Positions 42,030 to 55,380 of a DNA stretch of 64,000 nucleotides are shown here, piece by piece. The notes beneath the pieces are model-generated. The model did no database searches. It was not told the DNA's origin and worked only from the letters and a program-made list of their open reading frames with translations. This DNA comes from Eledone cirrhosa (taxonomy: Eukaryota). The DNA is taken from contig OZ024742.1 of assembly GCA_964016885.1 (NCBI GenBank), forward strand, positions 280,426,001 through 280,490,000, read 5' to 3'. The position numbers and the translations under genes were made by a program. The first letter of the stretch is position 1, and every line of letters starts with the position of its first letter.

Positions 42030-44160
<2,131 letters not shown>

Positions 44161-46160
44161 CTACCACTTGCATAAGATGCAAGTATTCAGATATAATCTC
44201 ATTTATGACTATATACTTTCATTGTCTCTACAATCAACTCAAAATTTCCAAAGGGAGAATGGGGAATTCTATATTCAATAAGATTCCTTTCACGAACATG
44301 AAACTGATCTTATTGAATGGTTAATCGTCAAGAAACACGTCCTGATTTGTGTTACAATTCATCCAGCGCATCACTATATCAACCCAGATTAAACCTGAGC
44401 AACACAGATCTGCCAGATCTAGCCTTGATCAGCCAGAACTATGATCAAAGTGATTTCGTACCTTACATCTGGTTCTGTGTTTTGGTAAAGAAAATATAGA
44501 TAAGTCATTGTGTTGCGATGAGATAATATGTCATATTTTACTGGTATTAGTCATTAAGCTGCGGCTATGCTGTGGCATCGCCTTAAATGGATTTTGTTCA
44601 TGATCATATCGAACCAGTACTTTATTACTTTTTCAAGACTGATACTGATACAGAATTAAACACACGCATACATGTGAACATATATAACGCATATTTTACC
44701 ACTACCGTTGCATGAGTCCTTGCTTCTCACCCTGCATTTCTCCCTGCAAATAGTTGTTTCTTCAAGTTATTAATACATTTAATCCTGCATGTTATCTGTC
44801 CATATATGCAAATTATTTATGTACACATATCGTATGAATTAATTATTAAAATATAATTCTTATATTTAATAACTTCCTCGGCTCTATAATCAGCATGATC
44901 TTTAGAGTTTCTCTGATGCAGACCATTAATTATCACAACGGAAATTTCTCAGTTTGCATGAGTGTTTATATATCGGTCACTCCTATTAAACATGGCACAC
45001 TAATCTAGAATTACAAAATGTATATACCTACAAAGCTATTGGTGTCATTGTTGACGGCATGGGCCTACTAGTCTATAAATAACGATGTAGATTCCGTATA
45101 AATAGGTTTAACAGGGCTATTATATACACCAATTCTGTATTAGACAATTTTAAATTTCGAGATTTTATATATTTCTTCACTGGTTTAATGTGCCTCAAGC
45201 CCGAAGGCTCATACTGGATACGTTGCCAACTGGATAAGTTGGCAATGACCGACGGAGAGTATACAAAAATCTCCCCTTATAGGAGTAGGTGGTGCTAGTT
45301 TGTCTTAGATATAACCCCAGCTGTTGCTTGTACTCATTTAAAAAATATTTCGGCAGAATATACTAGAGAAAATCGAAAGGAAATGTTTCTTTCAATGATA
45401 CGAGGCACCACTCAATCCATGGTATCGAACAATTGACCTTATAATCAATAGGCCAAGCGTCTCACACATACCATTGGTAAATAGATTTATTAAATAGTAA
45501 AGGGTCCTTAACTCTGCAGTTGTAGAGAGATGCCATCCTAACACACGACGTGTCTGGAGTCAATTTAATCCGGTGAAGCCCGTCAGTTTCCAAAAAAAAA
45601 AGAAAGAGAAAGAGAGATACAGATTTAAGCGTCTCGAAAAATAAAAGGCAAATAGAACTTGGTGGAATTTGAACTCATAGCATACGGAAGCAGAACGATC
45701 CACCGCCTTCAATAGGCTTATATAATTTAAAGTAAACAAATAGCAGTTATGTTGAATATGTCTTTTGTAACAGAAATCTGGTAGGTGGCTTCAAACTGGA
45801 TTGCATAAACAAAGTAAATATCATATATTATAGCTAATATACTAGGAGAGATTTCTATAGACTTACATTTAGATTTGCTTTAAACGAATTCTTTATGTTT
45901 TAAGCACTTTTAAAGCATCTATGCATGCACGCACGCATATCCTTGTGTATGCGTGTATCGATATATGTGCGTATGTATGTGCATGAGTCGGTCTATGTGT
46001 GTTTATGCGTGTATATATGAATGTGTAAGTGTATGTATACTTAGAGTGTTTCAAACTGTATAAAACTTCCGGTTTATTGATAAGCAAAGGAATAAATATA
46101 TTTCAAATACATAAACCGAATCTGAACACTGTGTGATAGAAAATTGATTATAATACACAC

Positions 46161-46249
<89 letters not shown>

Positions 46250-46399
46250 CATACACACACACATATATATATATATGTGTGTGTATGTATATACATATAT
46301 ATATATGTGTGTGTGTGTGTGTGTAGGTGTGTGTATGTATATATATATATATATATTATATATATATATATAAAGATAAAGAATAATAACAGGTAGACA

Positions 46400-46629
46400 T
46401 CATAAAAAGGTAATTTATTCCGAGTGCTTACAAATTTTCAACAGTAGGTATACAGCCTAGTCATGCTATGTACAATTGTTAATTAATAATTATTTGATTG
46501 CAGAAACTCAATTTTCAAATGCTGCGACTACCATTTCCTTAGAGCAGAAAGGTTAAAATGTAAATACCCTTGTATTTCTTAAAGGAAGTTATTGGAGAAG
46601 ATAGAGTAGAAAGGAAGAGAGAGAGGGGG

Positions 46630-46709
<80 letters not shown>

Positions 46710-47312
46710 TAGAGGTTGGAGAAGTGGGAGAGAGTGGTTTGAAGAATACAGATAGCTTAATCAAAATGCTGTTGTAGGGGTTTTATTTTAATGTTTATTC
46801 TCAATGTGGTCAAGATTAGGATTATTTATTGCCACAGAGAGCAGGTTCATAGATGTGGAGAGGGAGTGTGGAAGACCCAGGGTGAGAGAGGGATAGATAT
46901 AGAGAGGAAGAGAGAGAGAGAGAGGGAGAGAGAGATGGGAATGGAGAGAGAGAAATAAAGAGAGATAGAGAGGAGACAGACGAAGGCAATGCGATGGGGG
47001 ATGCATCGAGTTCTGCAGTCTGCAAATCGCACTCAAGTACCAATTTATAATGATAAGCAGGGTATTGGCTTGTAGTGTGGGGTAAGGGATATAGTTATTG
47101 AGAGGAATTAGTTAGCGAGAAAGCGATTTTGCAGTCTCGGGTTCAAATGTTAAGTTATTTTATAGTGAGAGAATTTAGCATTCAGTTTGTGGTTGCAGTA
47201 TAACGATCGTTCCATTCTGTTATTTAGCAATTTGTTTTTGGATTTTAAAATACAAAAGAGTTCAAGGTTGCATAATCTACTAGCGCTGGATAGTTTATCC
47301 CATTTCAAGGTA
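46400..47312 (-). mobile_element. Penelope 3' fragment (GIY-YIG C-terminus plus pyrimidine-rich 3' region)
   Basis: TLKWDKLSSA..RLCNLELFCILKSKNKLLNNRMERSLYCNHKL..KFSHYK is clearly homologous to the end of ORF 20776-21165. The left boundary is approximate. Confidence 0.75.
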
Positions 47313-47336
47313 ATACATATATACATCTGTGCGTGC

Positions 47337-47431
<95 letters not shown>

Positions 47432-47767
47432 GTATGTGTAACAAGTAAGCAAATAATAAAAATAACAAATCAACCGACATAGTATATGGAAGAAATGTAT
47501 TAGTTTAACTTATGAAATGCAGTGTTTCGAATCCATAAGTTTGCCCAATGAGTGATCTCGAAAGCATTTGATAGGTTGAGAATTTTGTTTTTCTAGTGGT
47601 GTGTTCTAGTGGTGCTGAACTTGAAGGTCTTGGGTTGAGATTATTCTACTACAGTAATCATTGAAGTCCGTGTTTGGAGAAGAGCTTGTTTCACCTTCAA
47701 ACTTTTAGGCCCGACGATGATTCCTCCCTTGGCAACGCGGGGAGTAAAGTGAAAAGAAATTCGGGAT

Positions 47768-47854
47768 GGAAGAAGAAGTAGAAGAAGAAGAAGAAGAAGA
47801 AGAAGAAGAAGAAGAAGAAGAAGAAGAAGAAGAAGAAGAAGAAGAAGAAGAAAC

Positions 47855-47884
<30 letters not shown>
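47768..47884. repeat. (GAA)n followed by (TAA)n
   Basis: Read directly. Confidence 0.95.
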
Positions 47885-47886
<2 letters not shown>

Positions 47887-49537
47887 CATCAGGCAGTTGT
47901 TGGGCAAAAGTATGAAGTCCTGGGAAACAGAGTTAACATCAACTGGAGAATCCTTGGGAGGCGTGAAGATCAAGAGAGGTATCTTCCAGGGAGATTGTCT
48001 GTCCCCTCTGTTGTTTGTCCTTGCCCTGATGCCCCTGACCAGTGTACTGCGAAAAGTGAGAGCAGGATACAAGTTGGGAAAGGGAGGGCTTGCCATCAAT
48101 CACCTCCTCTTCATAGAAGTTCTTAAGCTCTTCGGGAAGAGTGAGAAGGAGTTGGATGTGCTTGTTGACACTGTCCGTATTTTCAGCAATGATATATGTA
48201 TGCAATTTGGTATTAGTAAGTGTGGAGTCATTGTGATGAGGAGGGGTAAGTTGAGCAGAAGTAACGGAATCCAGATACCAACAGGTGAGATGATAAAAGA
48301 AATTGACTATGAAGAAGGATACAAGTATTTGGGCGTTCTGGAGGCTGATGACATCAAGAACAAAAAAAATGAAGGAATTGAGATGTGTCTATTATTAGGT
48401 ACAGTGCGGGAATTCTGAGATGGAATGTTGCTGAACAAAAAAAAATGGATAGGAAGACTAGGAAGCTATTGACTATCTACAATATGTTCCACAAGAGCAG
48501 TGATGTCGATAGGCTCTACTTAAGGAGATCTGAGGGTGGAAGAGGTCTTATCAGCATAGAGGACTGTGTTCAGATGGAGAAAAAACAACCTACACAAATA
48601 CGTGACTGATAGTAAGGAGCCAATACTCACAGCTGTACTGAAGGAGGGGACAATAGGCCAGGGGATGTCCAAGGAGGAAATAACATCAAGGAGAAAGAGC
48701 AGCCTTCAGGAAAAATCCCTTCATAGTACCTTCTTTGAGAAAACTGAATTTAGAGATCCACAGACATGGAACTGGTTGAAAAGAGGAGACCTCAAAAAGG
48801 CTACAGAAGGAATGTTAATGGCTGCGCAGGAGCAGGCCCTCAAAACGAAGTGGTTGAAACACCACATTTACAAGGAGGAGGCTAGCCCACTGTGCAGGAT
48901 CTGTGGAGAGAGAGAGGAGACTGTGGCTCACATTGTATCCGAGTGTAAACACCTAGCCCAGACTCACTATAAGGGCTGGAGACATGATGTGATGGGCAGG
49001 GTGATCCACTGGCACCTATGCAAAGTAAACAATTTACCACATTCTGAGAAGTGGTATGAGCATAAGCCAGAGGCGGTGATAGAAAACGATCAGGTGAAGG
49101 TGCTATGGGATTTTAGGATACAGGCGGACAAGAAACTGGAACACAATAGACCTGACCTGGTGGTTTTGGACAAAGAAAAAAGATCGTGCCTGATTGTGGA
49201 TATGGCCTGCCCATTCGACACGAGAGTGCAAGAGAAGGAGAGGGAGAAAATTAACCGATACCAGGACTTAAAGTGGGAGGTAAAAAGGATTTGGAACTGC
49301 CATGAAGTCAAGGTGATCACGATTGTCATAGGCGCACTAGGGACTATCTCAAAAAGTTTCCAGGGATGGTTAAAGAAAATTGGCCTCTTCACGCTTTTTG
49401 GAACGCTTCAAAAGGCATGCTTTCTGGGAACAGCAACAACCCTCCGATACGTCCTGAATATCTGAGGCTGCAGGTATTGGCTTGATATTCATCTCAACAA
49501 ACTTTCCAGTTAACTAACATCAATGACTGAGACTCAA

Positions 49538-49540
<3 letters not shown>
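47885..49540 (+). mobile_element. R4/Dong-type RLE non-LTR retrotransposon, 5'-truncated
   Basis: RGIFQGDCLSPLLF, YKYLG, DVDRLYL..GGRGL, CRICGEREETVAHIVSEC, RHD, RPDLV...IVDMACPFD...EKINRY (PD-(D/E)XK nuclease). (TAA)n on both sides. Confidence 0.93.
47897..49465 (+). pseudogene. RT-CCHC-RLE ORF remnant
   Basis: Three frameshifted fragments. The RT catalytic motif is degraded to FIEV and there is an internal deletion near 48375. Confidence 0.9.
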
Positions 49541-49597
<57 letters not shown>

Positions 49598-49841
49598 TTT
49601 TCTTTATTAACCACAAGGGTTTACATAAAGTAGACATTAAGGACAGTACAGGACAATACAGGACGGTACAAATGGGCATTTCTGCGTGTAAAAAAAACAG
49701 AGGATGAAATAAAAATAACAAAGAAAAATTCCCCAATAGGGGGGAGACTTCCGAGGGATATTTGTGGAGAAAGCCCATTAAAAGACCACAGTGGCCCTGA
49801 CCACCAGGGCAAGTGCCCTCTCCCAGTTTTCCACCTTTAAT

Positions 49842-52802
49842 TTACAGACACATCACCCATCTTTCAACAAAATGCTGGGAAGAGAGCACTTCCCTTTCTA
49901 CCCTGATTTTCCTTCTCAAATGAAATTTGAAAAAGTTAATCAGGGCATCACTGAAGAGGTAAGTGCTCGTCTTCAGCCCTTTCAAACGTGTCCACCATAC
50001 TATCTCTTTCGCCATGGCCAGCTGACAGATAAAAACTGCCTGCCCTTCCCGGCTAAAGGAAGGGGGCGGGGCAATCCTCACGATGGACTCAGCTGATAGC
50101 TGGATCCGTCCTACACGTGACAGCAGGTGTTCGACATAAACCCACAAGTCAGCAATGCTCGGACACTGGACGAGTGCGTGCAGGACGGTTTCGTCGCCCT
50201 GCGCGCATCTCGGACATTCGCGGCTGACGGCACCTCCATGCCTGTAGAGTTTATCCCGAACTGGCAAAGCTCCTCGGTAGCACTGCCAGGCCAGGGATTT
50301 CTGGAAGTTGTCCATAGGCCCCGGCCCGAAAGTCCTTCCGAAGAGATTGGCTAGTTGATTTTCGTCGACGCCTAGAGTTTCTCCAAGTACGTCGTCGCTC
50401 TTCCCCTCCACTAATCCCCTATAGAACGCCAAGGAGGAGTTTCCACCGATCACATTGCCCGATTGGTCGAGGGCTGTGAGCGCCTGAAGACATTCCAGTC
50501 TCCAAGCGCTCCCTCTCGCCTTCGCTTGACCCAGGACTGCAGCTCCGTCAAGGAGACGAGCTGGGGAAAAACGTGTCTAGCAAACGGCGACCACACCTGA
50601 TCACCGTCGAGGAAGAGGTGGAGATGTCGTAGCCTGAGCGCGTGTCTGCGCATCATCAGCCACGGCATGCCCAGCCCTCCACGTAGCGGGTGTTGACAGC
50701 AGATGGACCGCCTGAGCATCGGAGCGCGTCCCTTCCACAAGAAGCGAAAGAGCAAACGCTCCAGCGCAGTCAGGCGGGGCTTAGGACAAGGTATGACGGT
50801 CAGGCGGTAGTAGATGACGGCTGCGATGTACGCATTCGCCACCTCCGCTCGACCTTTCAGGGATAGCTTCCTCTCGGCCCATTTCTGGGTGAGAGAAGCC
50901 ACCCTGCTCGTCACCTCGTCCCAGTTTTTGTCCGTCTGGAGGTCTGGACCGAATCAGACCCCTAGCAATTTAACCGGTCCGTCCATCCAGCGTCCGACGA
51001 CGCTGTTGGACGGCATGGACCTGCCTCTCCAGGTGCCGAGCTGCAGGCCCACTGACTTTTCCTGGTTGATCATTGCTCCTGTCACCGCTTCGTATTCTCT
51101 TAGTGTAGTGCCGATCGCCTCGATGTGTTTGGCGTTCGACACCACTACGGTGACATCGTCGGCATATGCTGACACGGATCTTCCGCATCCTAGTTCGCGC
51201 GGGACCCCCCTCAACGTCTCCAGTTTTTGCAGTAATGGCTCGAGAGTCAATACGTACAATAGGGACGAGAGGGGACATCCTTGGCGGACCGAGCGCATGA
51301 TGTTGAACGGTTCCGAAAGGTGACCGTTCACTCTCACTACAGAGCAGATGTCGCTGTGCATGGCAGCGATCCAGCCTCTGAAGACGGGCCTAAAGCCAGC
51401 CGCCCTCATGACTGCCGCTAGGTAACGATGGTCGACCCTATCGAAGGCTTTCGATTGATCTGAATTGATGAAAGACCCACCCTTGCCAGGTTCCCTAGCT
51501 ACCCTCTCTACGATGTATCGCATGAGGTGGAGCTTGTCGTGGATAGATCTGTCGGGAATGGCGGATGTCTGTGCCTCTCCTACCAGACCACCAACGACAA
51601 GCGCCAACCTCTTTGCTAGCACCTTGGCCAAAATCTTGAACTCTGTGTTTAGCAGAGTTATGGGCCTAAAATTATCTATGTTATCCCCCTTGTTCGGATC
51701 CTTTCTCAGCAGCACCACCGCTCCTCGGCTCACAGAGCTGGGAATTCTCCCGTTCTGTTGCCAGTTGCAGTAGACTTCCGCAAGAGGCCATACTGGAATT
51801 GGTCAAGGGCCAATTTCGCCGCAAGTACGTCGGTCGCGATGCCTTTGCTAAGCGCCTCATCTAATTTTCTAACTAATTCTCCCTCTGCTCTTTTTTCTCT
51901 ATTGCTAAAGCCTTACTAAACCTAAAGGACTCTATTCTAATTGCTCTTTTCAGAGCAAACCACCACTTGTTGTTGACGATGGCCCCCGTCAACGCCCGCT
52001 TAACTAGTTCGCTAATCCGGTCTCTGTAGGCCTTGCGCGCTGGTAAGGACGCGTTTAGCTTCCAGTAGCCGGTTCCTCGTCTATGAAGCCTATCTAAGTC
52101 AAGCACACAGATCACGAATTTGTGGTCCGTGTAGCTGACTATCTTGAATTGTGGACAGCCTATGCTAGACCTATCTATTTCCCTACAAAATACTCTATCT
52201 AGATATGATCTGGATGACCCTATGCGATTTGTCCAAGTCCACATTGGTACATTCGGGAAATCCATTCGGTACCTGTCAGACAGTTCAAAACGTCTGAGCA
52301 GGTTGGTGAGACTCTTGCACCCTCCTTCCCTATCCACTAACCCCACACAATCCCAGCGCGCATCTAAGATCCCGTTCCAGTCGCCCACTAACACTAAAGA
52401 GCGGGACGTTCCAAGAAAGGTCTCCAGACGCCGGAAGAAATCAGGCCGCCCTGCTCCTGTCGGGGCATAGATTGCCACTAACCTGAAAGCTTGCCCGTCT
52501 CCGCTGGTCACGTCCAGCACCACCAACTTACCTTCTGGGTCCAGGAAGATGGCCCGTATGGCAAGATCCAAACCTCTCCGAAAAAGCACAGCAACTCCTC
52601 CCCCCGATCCCGGACGCCTGGGAGATGCGTACACATCGTAGCCGCCGAAGATCGGTGCGAAAGCCTGTGCTTCGGAGATTCTGGTCTCGCTGATGGCCAC
52701 TACATCTATGTTTAGTGACCTGAGGTCGTTGAGCAGGTGGCCCTGCTTCCATGACGACCCCAAGCCACGCGCATTTATGCTGCCTATTCTGAGTGAGGTC
52801 AT
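49842..52802 (-). pseudogene. ORF2 (APE-RT-zinc finger) of copy C, disrupted
   Basis: INARGL, ISETR, IYAP, GDWN, YLDRV, YTDH, DQSKAFDRV, RQGCPLS, YADDV, CPRCAQGDETVLHALVQC. Deletion near 51800. Confidence 0.95.
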
Positions 52803-52836
52803 GTTGAAAAGGAGTGGAAAAGATGGGAAAGACCAC

Positions 52837-54828
52837 TTACCTTACTTCTCGTAGGGGAAGGATGGCTTTTCCAACCTTTTCACTGCTTGTGGCCTCCTCA
52901 GGAAGGATGTCCTTATAAATCCTCCTGGAGAGTGCTTGTCGGAAGTCTCCGATGTCTTTGGGGAATTTTTGTTTTAGTGTCATGTACGTTTTCTGTGTGA
53001 TGCGAGTGATTTGTATGTGTGGAGGTGGTGTGATTTTTGGGGTTGTTGTGTAGTCTTTTTCTGTGATGCTGGTGTTGTGTTGGATGTAGTGTAATAATTG
53101 CTTGTTGTTCAAATTTAATGCTGTGTAGTGTGTATCGTTTTGGTTGTTTTGTTTTGTTTGCGTTTGTTGTGGGTTTGTTCCTGTTTCGCATTTTGGTGAC
53201 TTTTGTGGTGTAGGTGATGGTGGTGTTGGAGTTAATGATGGTGATGGTGTTGGTGTTTGGGTTGATGGGGTTGGTGATGCTGGTGTGGATGGTGGCATAT
53301 CTGTCCTAACTTTTTTGTTTCTTAGTTTATTTGTTTCCCTCTGTATTTTGTTTTTGGAGGGGAAAGGAAGAGAATTTTTTCTTTTTTGGTTTCTTTTTTT
53401 TTTTTCGGATATCGTTTCCCACTCCTCGTCGTCACAATCTGTCTCCAGTTGTGATAGGCCGGGGAGTGGAAAATCCTCCACAGCCGTTAGTTTTGGTTGT
53501 GGTGTGGTGGATGGTGTAGGCGCTGGTGCTAGTTCTGAAGCGTTGGGTGGTGGTGGTGTTGGTTTTGCTGGTAGTGGTAGTGGTGTTGGTTTTGCTACTG
53601 TTGCTGGGGTTGTTGCTGTTATAGTTGCTTCTGTTGTTGCTGCTACAGTTGTTGCTGCCATCTCTGCCACTGGTGGTGTTGAAGGTTGTGTCACTGGGGT
53701 GGGTAGGAGAGGTGGCCTCAACCTTTTAGCCTGAGGGCAGAAAGCCCTTAGGTGGGTTCCTTCACCACAAACGACACACCTAGGTCTTCTGCCCTCGACA
53801 ATTACCGTGAGGTGGCTGCCGTCAGTGAGGTCTATTACCTCTGGGATCTCCTCAATGCTTTTTTGGTCCGCTTGGATCAGGAGCTCCATCCCAGATCCGG
53901 ACCAGTTTTCCTGCTTTTCTTTTGCTACTGCTATTATTTTCGTGTTGGCTTCGATGCCGGCGAGGACAGCCGCTATTAGCCAGGGAATTTCGATGGCCGG
54001 TGGAACGTGGGTCACCCTGACCTTTACGAGTCTCTGGCCACAATAGCTTGGGACGAGTGTGAGGTCGTCACTTTTTAATGGGGCCATGGAGTGTTCTCTA
54101 GCCTCCTCTGGTGTTTCAAAGAACACATCCACGGTTCCATACTTTTGCCCACGTCTGATGTGGGTTTTTCTTGCCCACACATGTCCCAAAGCTTTTTGGA
54201 TTTGGGACTCGGATGCCCGTTCCACTCGGCGCGATTTTACATTTATTGTTCTATACGACACGGTGCACAGGCGCCGATGCTCCATTTTATTAGATGGGGG
54301 GGGGCTGACCCTGTACCCATCTTTCTTTATCATTTGTTTGGCATTTTCTAAATCTTCTTGAGTTACCGTGAACGCTTCGAATTGTTTTGCTACGATGGCG
54401 AAACTGAGGGTCGGTTTTATAATGTCATTGTTGTTGTTGTTGCTATCGTTATTTGTGTTAATCTTAATTTTTGTTTCAGTTGTGGTTGTGGTGACGTCAT
54501 TCGTCTTTGGTGCGAAAGAGTCCATTTTGCTTGATTTCATTTCGACATCACGAGTTAATTTATTTTTTTCTTCTTTTGTTTCTGTTGTCGCGGTGGTGGT
54601 GGGGGTGGTGGTTGTCGCGGTGGTGGTGGTGGTGGAGGCTTTAACACCTGCAGTCATTGGTAATGGCGGGAAATGAATGTCTGCCTGAGACAAATTTAAA
54701 ATATTGCTACTGCTTATATTTTTTTTTGTGTTGGCAAACGTAGTAACATTTACAATGGTGGTGTCGGTGTCAGGTGTTATTTTGTGAGGAAGGCTTTCAT
54801 CTGCTTCGTGCAGAGGGGAATTAGCCAT
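52837..54828 (-). CDS. ORF1 protein (663 aa, CCHC zinc knuckle) of Tx1 copy C
   Basis: Uninterrupted ORF with CVVCGEGTHLRAFC knuckle; central domain homologous to ORF1 of copy D. Confidence 0.9.
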   Translation of the reverse strand: MANSPLHEADESLPHKITPDTDTTIVNVTTFANTKKNISSSNILNLSQADIHFPPLPMTAGVKASTTTTTATTTTPTTTATTETKEEKNKLTRDVEMKSSKMDSFAPKTNDVTTTTTETKIKINTNNDSNNNNNDIIKPTLSFAIVAKQFEAFTVTQEDLENAKQMIKKDGYRVSPPPSNKMEHRRLCTVSYRTINVKSRRVERASESQIQKALGHVWARKTHIRRGQKYGTVDVFFETPEEAREHSMAPLKSDDLTLVPSYCGQRLVKVRVTHVPPAIEIPWLIAAVLAGIEANTKIIAVAKEKQENWSGSGMELLIQADQKSIEEIPEVIDLTDGSHLTVIVEGRRPRCVVCGEGTHLRAFCPQAKRLRPPLLPTPVTQPSTPPVAEMAATTVAATTEATITATTPATVAKPTPLPLPAKPTPPPPNASELAPAPTPSTTPQPKLTAVEDFPLPGLSQLETDCDDEEWETISEKKKRNQKRKNSLPFPSKNKIQRETNKLRNKKVRTDMPPSTPASPTPSTQTPTPSPSLTPTPPSPTPQKSPKCETGTNPQQTQTKQNNQNDTHYTALNLNNKQLLHYIQHNTSITEKDYTTTPKITPPPHIQITRITQKTYMTLKQKFPKDIGDFRQALSRRIYKDILPEEATSSEKVGKAILPLREVR

Positions 54829-55036
54829 TTTTTTTCAAAGAAATTTTTGGATAATAATAAAAGTTAAAATTTTGGGCACAAGGCCCCAATCTTTTTGGGT
54901 GTCCTTTTCGGAAAACAATGTATGTGCGCTTATAAACAGTTAACAATAAAATTTTCCATAAATGACAATTTTTAACAAACGGAAATAACAAACCTTTGCG
55001 GAGCTCACGGTGATACGATTTACTACGTAGGTCGCC

Positions 55037-55100
<64 letters not shown>
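55037..55100. repeat. (TAA)n separating Tx1 copies C and D
   Basis: Read directly. Confidence 0.95.
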
Positions 55101-55105
<5 letters not shown>

Positions 55106-55380
55106 TTCATTTATTAGCCACAAGGGCCGACATGTAGGGGACAATACAAAGACAGGGACAGTGGGGGTTTAAAATAAGGTCGAGTAAAAGTGCACAATGG
55201 CAAGACTAATTTAACAATGAAAATATAAAAATATAAAATAAACTATGCATAAATATAACAAAATAAATTCCCCGATAGGGGGTGGACGACGCTGGGGTGA
55301 TTCGGGTACCCCACCAATCCTGAACCACCCTGCGCTTCTAGGGCACCCAGGAGAGTACCCCTCTCCTCAAGTTAGCCAGC

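Larger units (their letters stand above)
49597..55036 (-). mobile_element. Tx1/L1-clade LINE copy C, full length with internal ORF2 deletion
   Basis: ORF1 plus ORF2 (APE-RT-zinc finger), AATAAA at the 3' end, (TAA)n on both flanks. Confidence 0.95.

Noticed and set aside
53144-54676. Plus-strand ORFs opposite ORF1 of copy C (likewise 59072-59962 opposite copy D)
   Set aside because: Antisense shadows of low-complexity ORF1 sequence with no domain motifs.
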